Positions 49,779 through 60,293 of a stretch of 64,000 bases of DNA are shown here, in pieces. The stretch is from Candidatus Hermodarchaeota archaeon (GTDB taxonomy: Archaea > Asgardarchaeota > Heimdallarchaeia > Hodarchaeales > Hodarchaeaceae). A program made the translations under genes and the position numbers. Numbering within the stretch: position 1 is the first letter of the stretch; each line of letters opens with the position of its first letter. The notes below the pieces were generated by a model. It was not told the DNA's origin and did no database searches. It saw only the letters and a list, made by a program, of their open reading frames with translations. The stretch spans positions 130,436-194,435 of the forward strand of contig JBHLKY010000001.1 of assembly GCA_048886185.1 (NCBI GenBank). The letters run 5' to 3'.

Positions 49779-50688
49779 AAGGATTCACTCCATCATAAGG
49801 AGCAAGAAGTAGAGTTGATGTAGAGGTGCATGATAAGTCAACTAATCGTTTTAAGACTGAAGAAAGTAGCGGATTTACTGTAATCAGTTGATTAGAAGAA
49901 AAATCTGGATGCCAAATGTCTGATAATACCATTCCATTTCTATGTCTAAGGTGTTTTTTTCCGCCATAATCTTTTAGTGGTTTATTACAAAAGGAGCAAA
50001 AACGATATGGTATCCTAACACGATTAATTCTGAATTTTTTAGGAGATTTCACATAATACAAGATACAATTTGCTTCTGATTTGTATTTTCTTGAAACATC
50101 AACATGAGGGATTTCCTCTGAATAAACAATCCAATATTTAAAATAAAGACCTAAATGATTAAGTTTAACACCAAAATAAGGTAAATAACGAGGAATTGAA
50201 TGGATCAAAACATTTCCATTGGATTTTAGAATCCGTAAAGTCTCCTCTAGGTAGCCATAAACTTCTTTTATAAGTGATGAATTAGAAATGTTATGATATG
50301 ACGAAGTATCTTGTTTCTCCTTAAATGTAAATTTTGGAAAAAGAATCCACGTATCAACACTTTGATCCTTAATTTCAGCTAATTTCTTCATTTCAGACGA
50401 TTGTAATACTATAAAGTTTGATGGAATGATATCCTTAACACTGTCCCTTCTATGTTTACGTGCTAGAAAACGTTCCTTTCCTGCCTCAGGATCCTTAATA
50501 TTGTAAACTGCCATCAACTCTGATAATTTGAAGAATCCTTTTACCTTTAAGGGATTTTTAAGCTGTGTTCCATTTTTGTCATACTTTTTTAATAAACCAC
50601 GTTCTATTTGTAGTCGGATGTTCTCCTCCGCATGATTGGAATAAATCACTGCATCTTTCAATGTTATAAAACGATCACGTTTAGGCAT
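49768..50688 (-). CDS. catalytically degenerate paralog of the adjacent beta-class methyltransferase
   Basis: Colinear with 48978-49778: 'VDTWILFPKFTFKE' vs 'VDLAFADPPYNLEK' (DPPY becomes FPKF, nt 50329-50340); 'SDIW' conserved; 'LLLAPYDGVNP' vs 'LVFDPFLGVGT' (FxGxG lost). It overlaps the downstream MTase start by 11 nt. Confidence 0.55.
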   Translation of the reverse strand: MPKRDRFITLKDAVIYSNHAEENIRLQIERGLLKKYDKNGTQLKNPLKVKGFFKLSELMAVYNIKDPEAGKERFLARKHRRDSVKDIIPSNFIVLQSSEMKKLAEIKDQSVDTWILFPKFTFKEKQDTSSYHNISNSSLIKEVYGYLEETLRILKSNGNVLIHSIPRYLPYFGVKLNHLGLYFKYWIVYSEEIPHVDVSRKYKSEANCILYYVKSPKKFRINRVRIPYRFCSFCNKPLKDYGGKKHLRHRNGMVLSDIWHPDFSSNQLITVNPLLSSVLKRLVDLSCTSTSTLLLAPYDGVNPYEF

Positions 50689-50803
50689 TCCAATCGAGCT
50701 TTTTTGATGATCTAAGAATTATAAGGATTGTGCTTGATATTTTCCCACTGAGAAGTTTTTAACTGATTAATTATAGCCTCCTCTTACTTTAGGAGTAACT
50801 ATT

Positions 50804-52159
50804 ATGGTAAAAACGGAGGTTTTAGTTGTTGGTGGGGGCCCCGCAGGAGTGATTTCAGCCCTAACGGCTGCCAAATTAGGCCGAAAAGTGATTTTGATAG
50901 ATTCTAAATCATATGAAGAAATTGGTAACAAGGTTTGTGGTGATGCGTTAAATCTAGCTCCAGCCACATTCTTAGAAGAAAAACTAGGGCTTGAAAAGCC
51001 TCATGGTGAAGAGGTTGCCGAAATTGTGGAACATTTAATTTTTATGACTTCCAAAGCTGATTTTCCAATCCAAGGGGATGGTTATGTATTGAATCGCCAT
51101 CCATATGGTCAACGGCTCCTAAAGAAAGCTATTGAATATGGTGTTGAAGTTCGTGCAGAAACTAAAGCAATAAAAGCAATTACTGATGCAGGTTTTGTGA
51201 AAGGGGCCGTAGTTCGAGATAAGAGTAAAAAAGAAACATATGAAATTTTTGCAAGCGTAACAATCGATTGTAGCGGTAGAAACTTCCAAATACGCCGTAC
51301 TCTCCCAGAAGATGACTTTCCTCTTCTTGAAAAGGAGATGGAGAAACGAGACATCGCTGTTTCTTATCGTGAAATTATTAGATTAAAAGAAGAGGATCAC
51401 CCTTATCAGAATAAGATTTTTTTGATTTATCGTAAGGAAATTCCTGAACCTGGTTATTTCTGGGTCTTTTCTAAAGGTCCGAAAAGACTCAATGTTGGGA
51501 TTGGTTGGTTCCTGGAGCCAAGACACAAAGGGATGAAAGATTGCTACCAAGAAGTTTTACATAAATATTATTATCCCCCAGGTTCTTATGTTGTAGAAGA
51601 TAGGGGAGGATACACTATTCCTACTCGTTATCCAATGACAAATGCTGTTGCCTCAGGTTTTTTGACCGCAGGTGATGCAGCTTTTCATGTTAATCCATTG
51701 TCTGCAGAGGGCCATGGACCAGCACTAACTGCAGGGTATTATGCAGGAAAAGCAGCATCAGAGGCGATTGAAACGAATGATGTTTCGGAAAAACAGTTAT
51801 GGAAATATAATATCGATGTCATGAAGCATTTTGGTTTAAGTCATACAAAGACCCAGTTATTTACAGCCGCTTTACGACGAATCAAGGTTTCTGGAGTAGA
51901 ATTTCTTCTGCGAAGAAGGATATTAAACAAAGAGCAGTTCATTGAATTGCATGAAGGAAAACAGCTCAGCTATTTTGATATAGCAAAAATTGCGATTAAA
52001 TCTTTCCCTCGATATGATATCCTTTTCCAGCTTTCAAAAATCGTCAAGGGAGCACAATTTTTTGAAAAGTTATTTGCAGAATATCCACATATTCCTGCTG
52101 AATACGCAGCTTGGAAGGCTCAATTTGATTCAAAAATGGAACAAATCCGTTCAATTTAG
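50804..52159 (+). CDS. FAD-dependent geranylgeranyl reductase family (archaeal lipid saturation)
   Basis: 'VLVVGGGPAGVISALTAAKLG' dinucleotide-binding motif, plus 'GDA' and 'YFWVF...GIGW' typical of GGR. Confidence 0.75.
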   Translation: MVKTEVLVVGGGPAGVISALTAAKLGRKVILIDSKSYEEIGNKVCGDALNLAPATFLEEKLGLEKPHGEEVAEIVEHLIFMTSKADFPIQGDGYVLNRHPYGQRLLKKAIEYGVEVRAETKAIKAITDAGFVKGAVVRDKSKKETYEIFASVTIDCSGRNFQIRRTLPEDDFPLLEKEMEKRDIAVSYREIIRLKEEDHPYQNKIFLIYRKEIPEPGYFWVFSKGPKRLNVGIGWFLEPRHKGMKDCYQEVLHKYYYPPGSYVVEDRGGYTIPTRYPMTNAVASGFLTAGDAAFHVNPLSAEGHGPALTAGYYAGKAASEAIETNDVSEKQLWKYNIDVMKHFGLSHTKTQLFTAALRRIKVSGVEFLLRRRILNKEQFIELHEGKQLSYFDIAKIAIKSFPRYDILFQLSKIVKGAQFFEKLFAEYPHIPAEYAAWKAQFDSKMEQIRSI

Positions 52160-52191
52160 GTTTCATAAGTCTTTTTAGAACCCTTAATCTC

Positions 52192-55089
52192 TCAATTTGT
52201 GGATTTAATTGAGGGTTCTGTAGGTGCTTTAGTTCCTGTTAAATCAAAAATTTCACGCAAATAAGTACCCGTTGGACATTCAAAATGAGCGATCTCTTCG
52301 GGTGTTCCTGTGGCAAGTACTTCCCCTCCATTGTCCCCACCTTCAGGTCCTAATTCTATAATCCAATCTGAAGTTTTTATGACATCTAAATTATGTTCTA
52401 TAACGACAACTGTATTACCTTCTTCAACTAACCTCTGAAGAACAGCTAACAAATAAGATATATCATGGGTTGAAAGACCAGTAGTAGGTTCATCTAAAAT
52501 ATAGAAGGTTTTACCTGTCGATCTCTTAGAAAGTTCTTTGGACAATTTAACCCGTTGAGCTTCTCCTCCTGATAGTGTTGTTGCAGGTTGACCTAGTTGG
52601 ATGTAACTTAAGCCAACATCAACGATGGTTTGTAATTTATGCTGTATTTTTGGAATATTAGAAAAGAAGTCAAGGGATTCCTCCACAGTCATGTTCAAGA
52701 CATCAGAGATGTTTTTTCCTTTATAACGGATCTCTAGTGTCTCTGTGTTATACCGTTTTCCTTTACAATCATCACATATAATCCAAACATCCGGTAGAAA
52801 TGATAGTTCAATCTTGATCTGTCCTCCACCTCTACATGTCTCACAACGTCCCCCCTTCACATTAAAGCTAAAACGTCCCTGTTTATATCCTCTTATTTTC
52901 GCTTCTTTTGTTTGAGCAAATAACGCGCGTATATTATCCCAAACTCCTGTATAAGTTGCAGGATTGGATCGTGGTGTCCTTCCGATTGGGCTCTGATCAA
53001 TGTTGATAACTTTATCGACGAATTCTAATCCTTCGAAACTTTCATGTTTACCAACTTTCTCTCGAGATCTATGAAGATATTTCATAAGCCCTGGATATAG
53101 AGTGTCATTCATCAATGTGGATTTTCCTGATCCAGAGACTCCTGTAATGCAAATAAAGCGGCCTAAAGGAAAACTGACATCAATATTTTTTAGATTGTTT
53201 TCCCCAGCTCTTATAATTTTGATACTTTTACCATTGCCAGTCTTCCTATTCTCTGGGATCTTAATCTTTTTTCTCCCAGAGAGGTAGGCTCCTGTTGTGG
53301 AAGTAGGACAATTCATAATATCTTTAGGCGTTCCCTGAACAACTAATGTACCTCCATGAATTCCTGGGCCCGGGCCTAAATCTATAACATGGTCAGCTGC
53401 TAAAATCGTTTGGTGATCGTGCTCAACAGCAAGGACAGTATTTCCTATAGCCTGAAGGTTCTTCAAAGAGTCCAATAACTTTTGTTGATCACGAGTGTGT
53501 AATCCGATTGAAGGTTCATCTAAAACATAAGTAACACCTACTAAAGCAGAACCAATTTGAGTGGCTAAACGAATTCTTTGGGATTCCCCTCCTGAGAGAG
53601 TCATCGAAGTTCGGTCTAATGTCAAGTAGGGTAATCCTACTGATATGAGGAAATCTAATCGGGATTCAATTTCTCTTAAAATATTAGAAGCAATCTTCGA
53701 ATGAGTCTTTGAAAGTTGAGAACGGAGTTCTCTTATCCAACTTAGGCAATTTTCAACAGTCATTTCTGTGATTTCAATGATATTTTTATTCTGAATCGTC
53801 ACGGCTAGCGATTCTGGTTTTAGACGTTTTCCATTACAGCTGGTACAGAAGTCTTGTCTCATAAATCGTTCATAATAAGAACGTGCGGTCTCACTTTTGG
53901 TTTCTTTGTATCTTCGCCAGATCGTATTTACTGTACCTTCGTGGCGATGTTGTTTGGACTCCCAACGACTTTTTTCTGATTCAAAAACAACATTCATTTT
54001 CGTTTTTGAGCCATAGAGTAAACTCTCTATCACTTCAGACGGAAGATCTTTTAAAGGTGTATCAACTGAGAAATCGTTCCATGATTTTGCTAGAGAAGTA
54101 TAATAGGCAAATCGCCATGTGCCAGGTGTCAATGGTTTGTCCATAAATCCTCCCTCACGAAATGAAAGATTCGGATTAGTTATGATTAAACTCGGGTCAA
54201 TGTTTAAGGTAGTGCCTAATCCCTGACATTCGGGACATGATCCCCAAGGGGAATTAAAACTGAAATTTCTAGGTTTTAACTCTTCGTAGGAAAGCTCACA
54301 GTCAGGACATGCATAATTTTCACTGAAGAAAAAATCCTCTCCAACTTCAGAGTTATCAATATTTATCCTAGTTATTATCACTACTCCTTCTCCAAGTTCG
54401 AGAGCTTGTTCTAATGCTTCAATCAAACGATTACGTATGTTAGGTTTAATAACAAGTCGATCGATTATTGTTTCTATGGAGTGAAGCTTGTACCGATCAA
54501 GCTGAGGAGGATCAGCTAGATCATATTCAATCCCATCAACCCTTACGCGAACAAAACCCAATTCTGTAAGACGATCCCACTGGGTGTGATGTGTTCCTTT
54601 CTTACCTCGAATAATTGGAGCTAGAATCTTAATACGTGTTCCTTCTTTCCATGTAAGTAAAGTTCTGACAATAGATTGGGGAGTTTGAATTTTTAATTCT
54701 TTATTGCAGGAGATACAGTGAGGAATTCCGATGTTAGCAAATAATAAGCGTAAGTAATCAAAAATTTCAGTTTGAGTACCAACTGTTGATCGTGGATTCT
54801 TACTAGTTGTTTTTTGTTCGATCGAAACAGCTGGAGACAACCCTTCAATAAGCTCTACGTCTGGTTTTTGCATTCTTTCAAGAAATTGACGGGCATATGC
54901 ACTTAATGACTCTACATAGCGACGTTGTCCTTCTGCAAAGATCACATCAAACGCTAAGCTTGATTTTCCTGAACCACTGACCCCAGTAATTACTACAAAT
55001 TGATTACGAGGGATGGATACTGTTAAATTCCGAAGGTTGTGGACTTTAGCATTTTGTACATAGATTACCTCTTTTTCTTTATTTGACAT
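52192..55089 (-). CDS. uvrA: excinuclease ABC subunit A
   Basis: 965 aa. Two ABC ATPase modules ('GVSGSGKSSL' twice, 'LSGGE(S/A)QR' twice) with inserted zinc fingers ('CPDCE..CPECQGLG','CETCRGGG..CDDCKG'). Confidence 0.9.
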   Translation of the reverse strand: MSNKEKEVIYVQNAKVHNLRNLTVSIPRNQFVVITGVSGSGKSSLAFDVIFAEGQRRYVESLSAYARQFLERMQKPDVELIEGLSPAVSIEQKTTSKNPRSTVGTQTEIFDYLRLLFANIGIPHCISCNKELKIQTPQSIVRTLLTWKEGTRIKILAPIIRGKKGTHHTQWDRLTELGFVRVRVDGIEYDLADPPQLDRYKLHSIETIIDRLVIKPNIRNRLIEALEQALELGEGVVIITRINIDNSEVGEDFFFSENYACPDCELSYEELKPRNFSFNSPWGSCPECQGLGTTLNIDPSLIITNPNLSFREGGFMDKPLTPGTWRFAYYTSLAKSWNDFSVDTPLKDLPSEVIESLLYGSKTKMNVVFESEKSRWESKQHRHEGTVNTIWRRYKETKSETARSYYERFMRQDFCTSCNGKRLKPESLAVTIQNKNIIEITEMTVENCLSWIRELRSQLSKTHSKIASNILREIESRLDFLISVGLPYLTLDRTSMTLSGGESQRIRLATQIGSALVGVTYVLDEPSIGLHTRDQQKLLDSLKNLQAIGNTVLAVEHDHQTILAADHVIDLGPGPGIHGGTLVVQGTPKDIMNCPTSTTGAYLSGRKKIKIPENRKTGNGKSIKIIRAGENNLKNIDVSFPLGRFICITGVSGSGKSTLMNDTLYPGLMKYLHRSREKVGKHESFEGLEFVDKVINIDQSPIGRTPRSNPATYTGVWDNIRALFAQTKEAKIRGYKQGRFSFNVKGGRCETCRGGGQIKIELSFLPDVWIICDDCKGKRYNTETLEIRYKGKNISDVLNMTVEESLDFFSNIPKIQHKLQTIVDVGLSYIQLGQPATTLSGGEAQRVKLSKELSKRSTGKTFYILDEPTTGLSTHDISYLLAVLQRLVEEGNTVVVIEHNLDVIKTSDWIIELGPEGGDNGGEVLATGTPEEIAHFECPTGTYLREIFDLTGTKAPTEPSIKSTN

Positions 55090-55597
55090 GACAAGATATT
55101 CCTATTTGGGATAAATTTTTAAATTTACAGAAACTGGTAAAGCATTAGAAGAAGTAATATGGGCTAATCTCGACTATACTAGCCTTTATCGATTTTATTG
55201 AAAGAAAGAAGGTCTTCAATTAAATCTTACTTTGATATAAAGGGCATAAGTGTTGATGATTATAAAACCTAATCACACTAAAATCAAAAAAATATACACA
55301 TTAAAGAAAGATTAGTTCAATAGTATTTTTCTATTTTCGTTTTAATTCACTATATGTTTTTGTGATACATTCTTCTTGGGAAAAGAGTAAATTATTTGTC
55401 ATAATTGAACAAAAATATGTTTGAAGTTCGTTGGAATCTGATAAAAATTAGATAACTATATTTTATATTAGGTTATATTTTGGTTAGCTTTTTATAAGGA
55501 GTCACAGGTATTATGATCTAGGCCAAAGGTTTAATTTTTTTAAAATCGTTTAGAATTCATATTATTCTTGATGAAAATACAAAATTTGGGATAATAC

Positions 55598-58500
55598 ATG
55601 ACAAAATTAAAAATAATATTTCTGATATTGAGTTTATTATTGCTTGGAGGATCGACAACATTAATAATCACACCTCTCGGATCTACAACTTCCTTTACGC
55701 AGATAAATTCAAAAATTCCTCCCCTTAGAGGGGGACACGATATAATCGAAAGTTCGAAAATCCAATCTCCAATTTTGTCTCCGTTTCTCTCAATCCAGTT
55801 CTTCCCCGAACCTACTTTTGAAGTATTACAGTTTTCTGACCATGAAATGGATCTACGCGGCTATGGGAACGATACAGTTCGGTTCAATATGCAATTTCGA
55901 CCGACTTCAGACAGAGCATGGTATTATGGGTACGCTCAATTATGGACCAGTGATACTACTACTCCAATAAGTCGAGAAGCATATTGGGAAGCTTGGGTCG
56001 ATCCAAACACAATTACTATTGCCAGTTTTGATATTAGTGGGTACGAAATTCTAGAAAGCGGAGTTAATGGCCCTTATTCTGTTCGATTACGATTCTATAA
56101 AGATAATGGAACTTCTACTTTAATTTATAATAATATATTTGTACATACAACTCAATTCTATTCATACACGGAATTTCAACCGAGACCAACAATCGATAGC
56201 TATACATACAGCGCGATTGATACCGACTTTAATGGTTTATATGATTGGATCGAGGTTTACGTCACTGTGACGGTTTCAATACCTACTAATTATTATTTCA
56301 GTGGAACAATATCGGGTGGTGGAATTTCTGAAGATGCACGAAATAATACTTACGTTTCTGGTACCCAAATAATCACACTAAGGTTTGCAACCTGGGATTT
56401 TCAAAGTATGAGCGGATCAAATACAGTTTCATTAACAAGCTTCTTTATGGAACATGACACTTCCCCAAGGTATTTCATTTATTCTGGAAATCCGAGTGTT
56501 TCTCTTGGATTATACGCCGCGAGTGATTTCGATGAATCCCCTTTTAAACCTACTGGTCGTTTTTGGGAACGAGGATATGACACAGATGCTGATGGTTTCT
56601 ATAATTACTATCGTTTCACTATTGAAATAAATAAAACAAGGATTGAGGAAGGTGAATTCCGACTTTACGCCACTCTCTATCAACCACCAAGCAGTTCAAT
56701 CACTGGCGTATGGGATAATTACGTTTCTAGCCTTAGTTTGAATACAATAGGACTTGTGAATGCTTCTTTTGACTTCAACGGAATTGAGATTTATAAGAGT
56801 GGGATTGTTGATACTAATTTCCTTGTGAAGAATATTCAAGGATATTATCAACACCGCCCAAATATTGGATGGAACTGGGATGATTGGGTCTATTTCTCCA
56901 GTGTCGAACTGTACACGGTCACTTACTATAATTACACCGATTTTGAAGGCCCAGGAGCGGCACTAACACATAACTTTAACGATTATGGATTTGATACTGA
57001 TAATGATGGATTGTACAATTATATCATTGTAGAAGTCGAAATCGATGTATTTATCGATGGTGAGTATTATCTATCAAGTTGGTTAGATATTAGTTCAACA
57101 TATCAAGACATTGATTATGCAAGCACAAGTATCTATCTCACTGTTGGAATCCATTGGGTTCAACTTCAGTATGATGGTATAGAATTTTTCCGTCAAGCAG
57201 TTAACGATTATGTGAAATTCGAATATTTGACTCTGCAAGGCGGATCACCTTCAACGGAACTTGATTACAACAATACAGCAATTCTGTCTTATTATGTGTT
57301 TACCCAATTTGATCCTCCAAAGGCCCGATTTACAGGCATATATAGTGATACCACAGCAGATACCAATAGTGATGGAATATGGGATGAATTAAGAATATCT
57401 GTAGAAGTCGAAATCAATGAGACTGGAAGATATCAAGTTCATGGAAGCTTAAGAAATCCAATTACAGGTGATGGTGTGGGTGTTGATTCAGAAGCAATGG
57501 ATGTTTTACTAGTTGGAACCGTATCCTTCGTTCTTCCGTTTCCAGGTGATTGGATATGGAGGCAACATATCAATACAACTTATCTCCTCGATTATGTTTC
57601 GATCAGTGAAGTTGATGACAATGATAATCAGATTTATACGTGGGATTCGAAAGGCACCCCCTTTACCACGGATTTTGTTTATAACTCTGCTGAATTCATT
57701 GCACCAGTAGCATTCTTCACAGGTAATTTCTATGAGGCCCTTTTTGATTCAGATTTGGACACATTGAACGATTTTCTCGTCATTGGAGTAGAAGTTGAAG
57801 TCTCTCAGACAATTGATTTGTCTATAGAAGGGTATATCGAACTTGAGAACACCATTTGGGCTTATACTTATGCTTACAATCTTAGTCCAGGAACACACTG
57901 GATTGAAATAAAATTTGTTTCCTATCAATTGTATAAGACATTTGTGAATCGGATATATAGTATCAATTTCTATCTTTATCGAACTGACTTCTGGGATCAA
58001 TTGGACTACTATCATGATTATGTAACTGATTCTTATGACTATACTGAATTCGATCCTCCACCTGCTGAGTTCACAGACAACTTCTTTGACTATGGTGTCG
58101 ATTCTGATGTCCCCGGGAATGGAAAGTTTGACTACGTTGAGCTTGCTTTTGAGGTCATTGTAGTTGAAACAGGTATGTATCGAATATTTGGAGGTGTTTA
58201 TGCAGATGAAGGTGGTGAAAGTTATTATTTCTCCACAGACTGGGAGACTTTAACACCTGGTACACATAATATTACAGCAACAATCGAGCCATACTGGTTC
58301 CTAGGTCATAGTAGCGGAACCTCAGCTTATGTTAGTTACGTCGACCTTATTGAATACCGTGAAATCGATTCTATAGGATATGATCTTAATCTTGACTATA
58401 ACCGTGAAAATCGTCCACTGACCAATACATATAACCATAATGAGTTCGATCCTCCCCCAATTGCTTTCACAGACGCTATCTTTGACTATGGTGTTGATTC

Positions 58501-60196
58501 TGATGTCCCAAGTAATGGGAAGTTTGACGTTCTAGAGTTAGCTATTGAAGTCAATGTAACCGAAGCAGGCACTTATTACCTGTATGGACGAGTATATTGC
58601 GAAAGTGGTGGTGATAGTTTCTATTTCAGTTCAGACTTCTTAGATTTACCTGTAGGCCTCTTCAACTTTACTTTTCAAATGGATGCTGGCTGGATACGAG
58701 GTCATGCTGATGGCTCCCAATATTATATCAGCTACATGCATCTTTATCAGTACATTCCATCTGAAGGTGAAATCCTACGAGATCGAGTCGAGCAATCCCA
58801 GTATTTCAGTCGTCTTTATTATCATCATGAATTCGATATACCTGATGCTTGGATTATCGGTATTCTCACAAATTATCCTTTAGATTTTGATTATGATGGA
58901 TATTATGATGCATACCGAATAATCTTCCAAGTGAATGTAACTGTACATAATTTTGATTTGCACATTTACGCGGTGATAACTGAACAAGAAACCTACAATT
59001 GGATAGCTTCAAGTTACATTGATTTATATGATTTGACTATCGGTATTCACAATATCTCTATTGATTTCCGTGGCGATGAGATCTATGATAGTGGCTTTAC
59101 AAATGGAATGCAAATTGACTGGTATGAACTTTATAGAATATCCGATTGGGTGATGATAGATAGCTCTGACAGGGAAATTCCTCTTACTATATTATACGAC
59201 TATACTGATTTCAATTCCAAATTCTATAAGTTGATACGGGTCTATAGTATCAATGTTCAAGAGAATGAATATGAAGAACTGGTCGTAAATGTAACTATTC
59301 TTCGTGAGGGTACAGAGTCAATTCTTTCAGTTGAGATAGAAACAGAATTTGGCTGGTATGGGATGTCTAGAATTTATATTGGTGGGAATTACGAAATCTG
59401 GACTTTCACCTATACACCTTCATCTCTCGAAACCTATACATTTACTGTTTATGTTGAGGGAGATAGAGGTTCAGACGATAGTAAGACCTATCAGGTCGGT
59501 ATCCCAGAAATTCGAGTTTTCACTATGAACACATCATTACCAGTAACCCTTGGAGGAGCCATTCACTTTGAGACAGTTGTACGTGATCCTGATGGAATTG
59601 CTGACGTTACATTAGTCACTTTTGAGACAAGCTATCCAATGTTGTTTATAAAAAGTAGCTCTATGGGTGAAATTTGGGCAGTAGACGTGACTTTTAACGT
59701 CGCAGGGCAGTCATCTGCATATATCTTAGCAACAGATATGATTGGAGGTACCGCACAATCAGATAGTTTGATAATAATCGTTAACGAAGGTTCAGAGATT
59801 GATTACGTTACCATCTATCCAGGTACGACAATAGAAGCTAATACAGAAATTTCCTTCGAGATTGGTATTCAGAAATCCGATGCTATTATAACTAGTGTAA
59901 CTCTTGAGATAATTGATGACCGTGGAAATGATTATCTTGTTCCTCTTGAAATGACAGATGAAACTGATGAGCTTGAGATTTATGGAGGCCAGTTCACTCC
60001 TGAAAGATCTGGATTATATGAATGTACAATTCGGGTTTTGAACACACGGAATCAAGAATCAGTCTATGCGGTTACAATCACAGTGAGAGGCAATGAAGAC
60101 ATCGAAATGATTACACTTGGCTTTGAGGTACTACTAGGCATCGGTATTCTTGTACTTTTCTCCATTAGAAGAAGATTCCTGAAGAAACAACGGTAA
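55598..60196 (+). CDS. giant (1532 aa) secreted, C-terminally membrane-anchored surface protein built of about 10 repeats with DxDxDG calcium-loop motifs plus C-terminal Ig-like domains
   Basis: N-terminal signal peptide 'LKIIFLILSLLLLGG'. Repeats begin 'Y(N/D)xTEF(D)PPxxxFT...DYG(V/F)D(S/T)DxDGxYD(Y/W)(I/L)E(L/V)..EV.V...G.Y' (for example DTDNDGLYNY, DTDADGFYNY, DSDVPGNGKFDY). C-terminal TM plus 'RRRFLKKQR'. Confidence 0.6.
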   Translation: MTKLKIIFLILSLLLLGGSTTLIITPLGSTTSFTQINSKIPPLRGGHDIIESSKIQSPILSPFLSIQFFPEPTFEVLQFSDHEMDLRGYGNDTVRFNMQFRPTSDRAWYYGYAQLWTSDTTTPISREAYWEAWVDPNTITIASFDISGYEILESGVNGPYSVRLRFYKDNGTSTLIYNNIFVHTTQFYSYTEFQPRPTIDSYTYSAIDTDFNGLYDWIEVYVTVTVSIPTNYYFSGTISGGGISEDARNNTYVSGTQIITLRFATWDFQSMSGSNTVSLTSFFMEHDTSPRYFIYSGNPSVSLGLYAASDFDESPFKPTGRFWERGYDTDADGFYNYYRFTIEINKTRIEEGEFRLYATLYQPPSSSITGVWDNYVSSLSLNTIGLVNASFDFNGIEIYKSGIVDTNFLVKNIQGYYQHRPNIGWNWDDWVYFSSVELYTVTYYNYTDFEGPGAALTHNFNDYGFDTDNDGLYNYIIVEVEIDVFIDGEYYLSSWLDISSTYQDIDYASTSIYLTVGIHWVQLQYDGIEFFRQAVNDYVKFEYLTLQGGSPSTELDYNNTAILSYYVFTQFDPPKARFTGIYSDTTADTNSDGIWDELRISVEVEINETGRYQVHGSLRNPITGDGVGVDSEAMDVLLVGTVSFVLPFPGDWIWRQHINTTYLLDYVSISEVDDNDNQIYTWDSKGTPFTTDFVYNSAEFIAPVAFFTGNFYEALFDSDLDTLNDFLVIGVEVEVSQTIDLSIEGYIELENTIWAYTYAYNLSPGTHWIEIKFVSYQLYKTFVNRIYSINFYLYRTDFWDQLDYYHDYVTDSYDYTEFDPPPAEFTDNFFDYGVDSDVPGNGKFDYVELAFEVIVVETGMYRIFGGVYADEGGESYYFSTDWETLTPGTHNITATIEPYWFLGHSSGTSAYVSYVDLIEYREIDSIGYDLNLDYNRENRPLTNTYNHNEFDPPPIAFTDAIFDYGVDSDVPSNGKFDVLELAIEVNVTEAGTYYLYGRVYCESGGDSFYFSSDFLDLPVGLFNFTFQMDAGWIRGHADGSQYYISYMHLYQYIPSEGEILRDRVEQSQYFSRLYYHHEFDIPDAWIIGILTNYPLDFDYDGYYDAYRIIFQVNVTVHNFDLHIYAVITEQETYNWIASSYIDLYDLTIGIHNISIDFRGDEIYDSGFTNGMQIDWYELYRISDWVMIDSSDREIPLTILYDYTDFNSKFYKLIRVYSINVQENEYEELVVNVTILREGTESILSVEIETEFGWYGMSRIYIGGNYEIWTFTYTPSSLETYTFTVYVEGDRGSDDSKTYQVGIPEIRVFTMNTSLPVTLGGAIHFETVVRDPDGIADVTLVTFETSYPMLFIKSSSMGEIWAVDVTFNVAGQSSAYILATDMIGGTAQSDSLIIIVNEGSEIDYVTIYPGTTIEANTEISFEIGIQKSDAIITSVTLEIIDDRGNDYLVPLEMTDETDELEIYGGQFTPERSGLYECTIRVLNTRNQESVYAVTITVRGNEDIEMITLGFEVLLGIGILVLFSIRRRFLKKQR

Positions 60197-60210
60197 TCTT
60201 TCTTCATTCC

Positions 60211-60229
60211 TCTTTTTTTTTATTTTTTA
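60211..60229 (+). terminator. oligo-T archaeal-type terminator
   Basis: 'tcttttttttttatttttt' immediately after the 60196 stop. Confidence 0.4.
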
Positions 60230-60293
60230 ACCTTATCTTGGGTAGCTTTTTTAAAATATTTGATTTTCACCCTTATTTACTGAAATAGTTATT

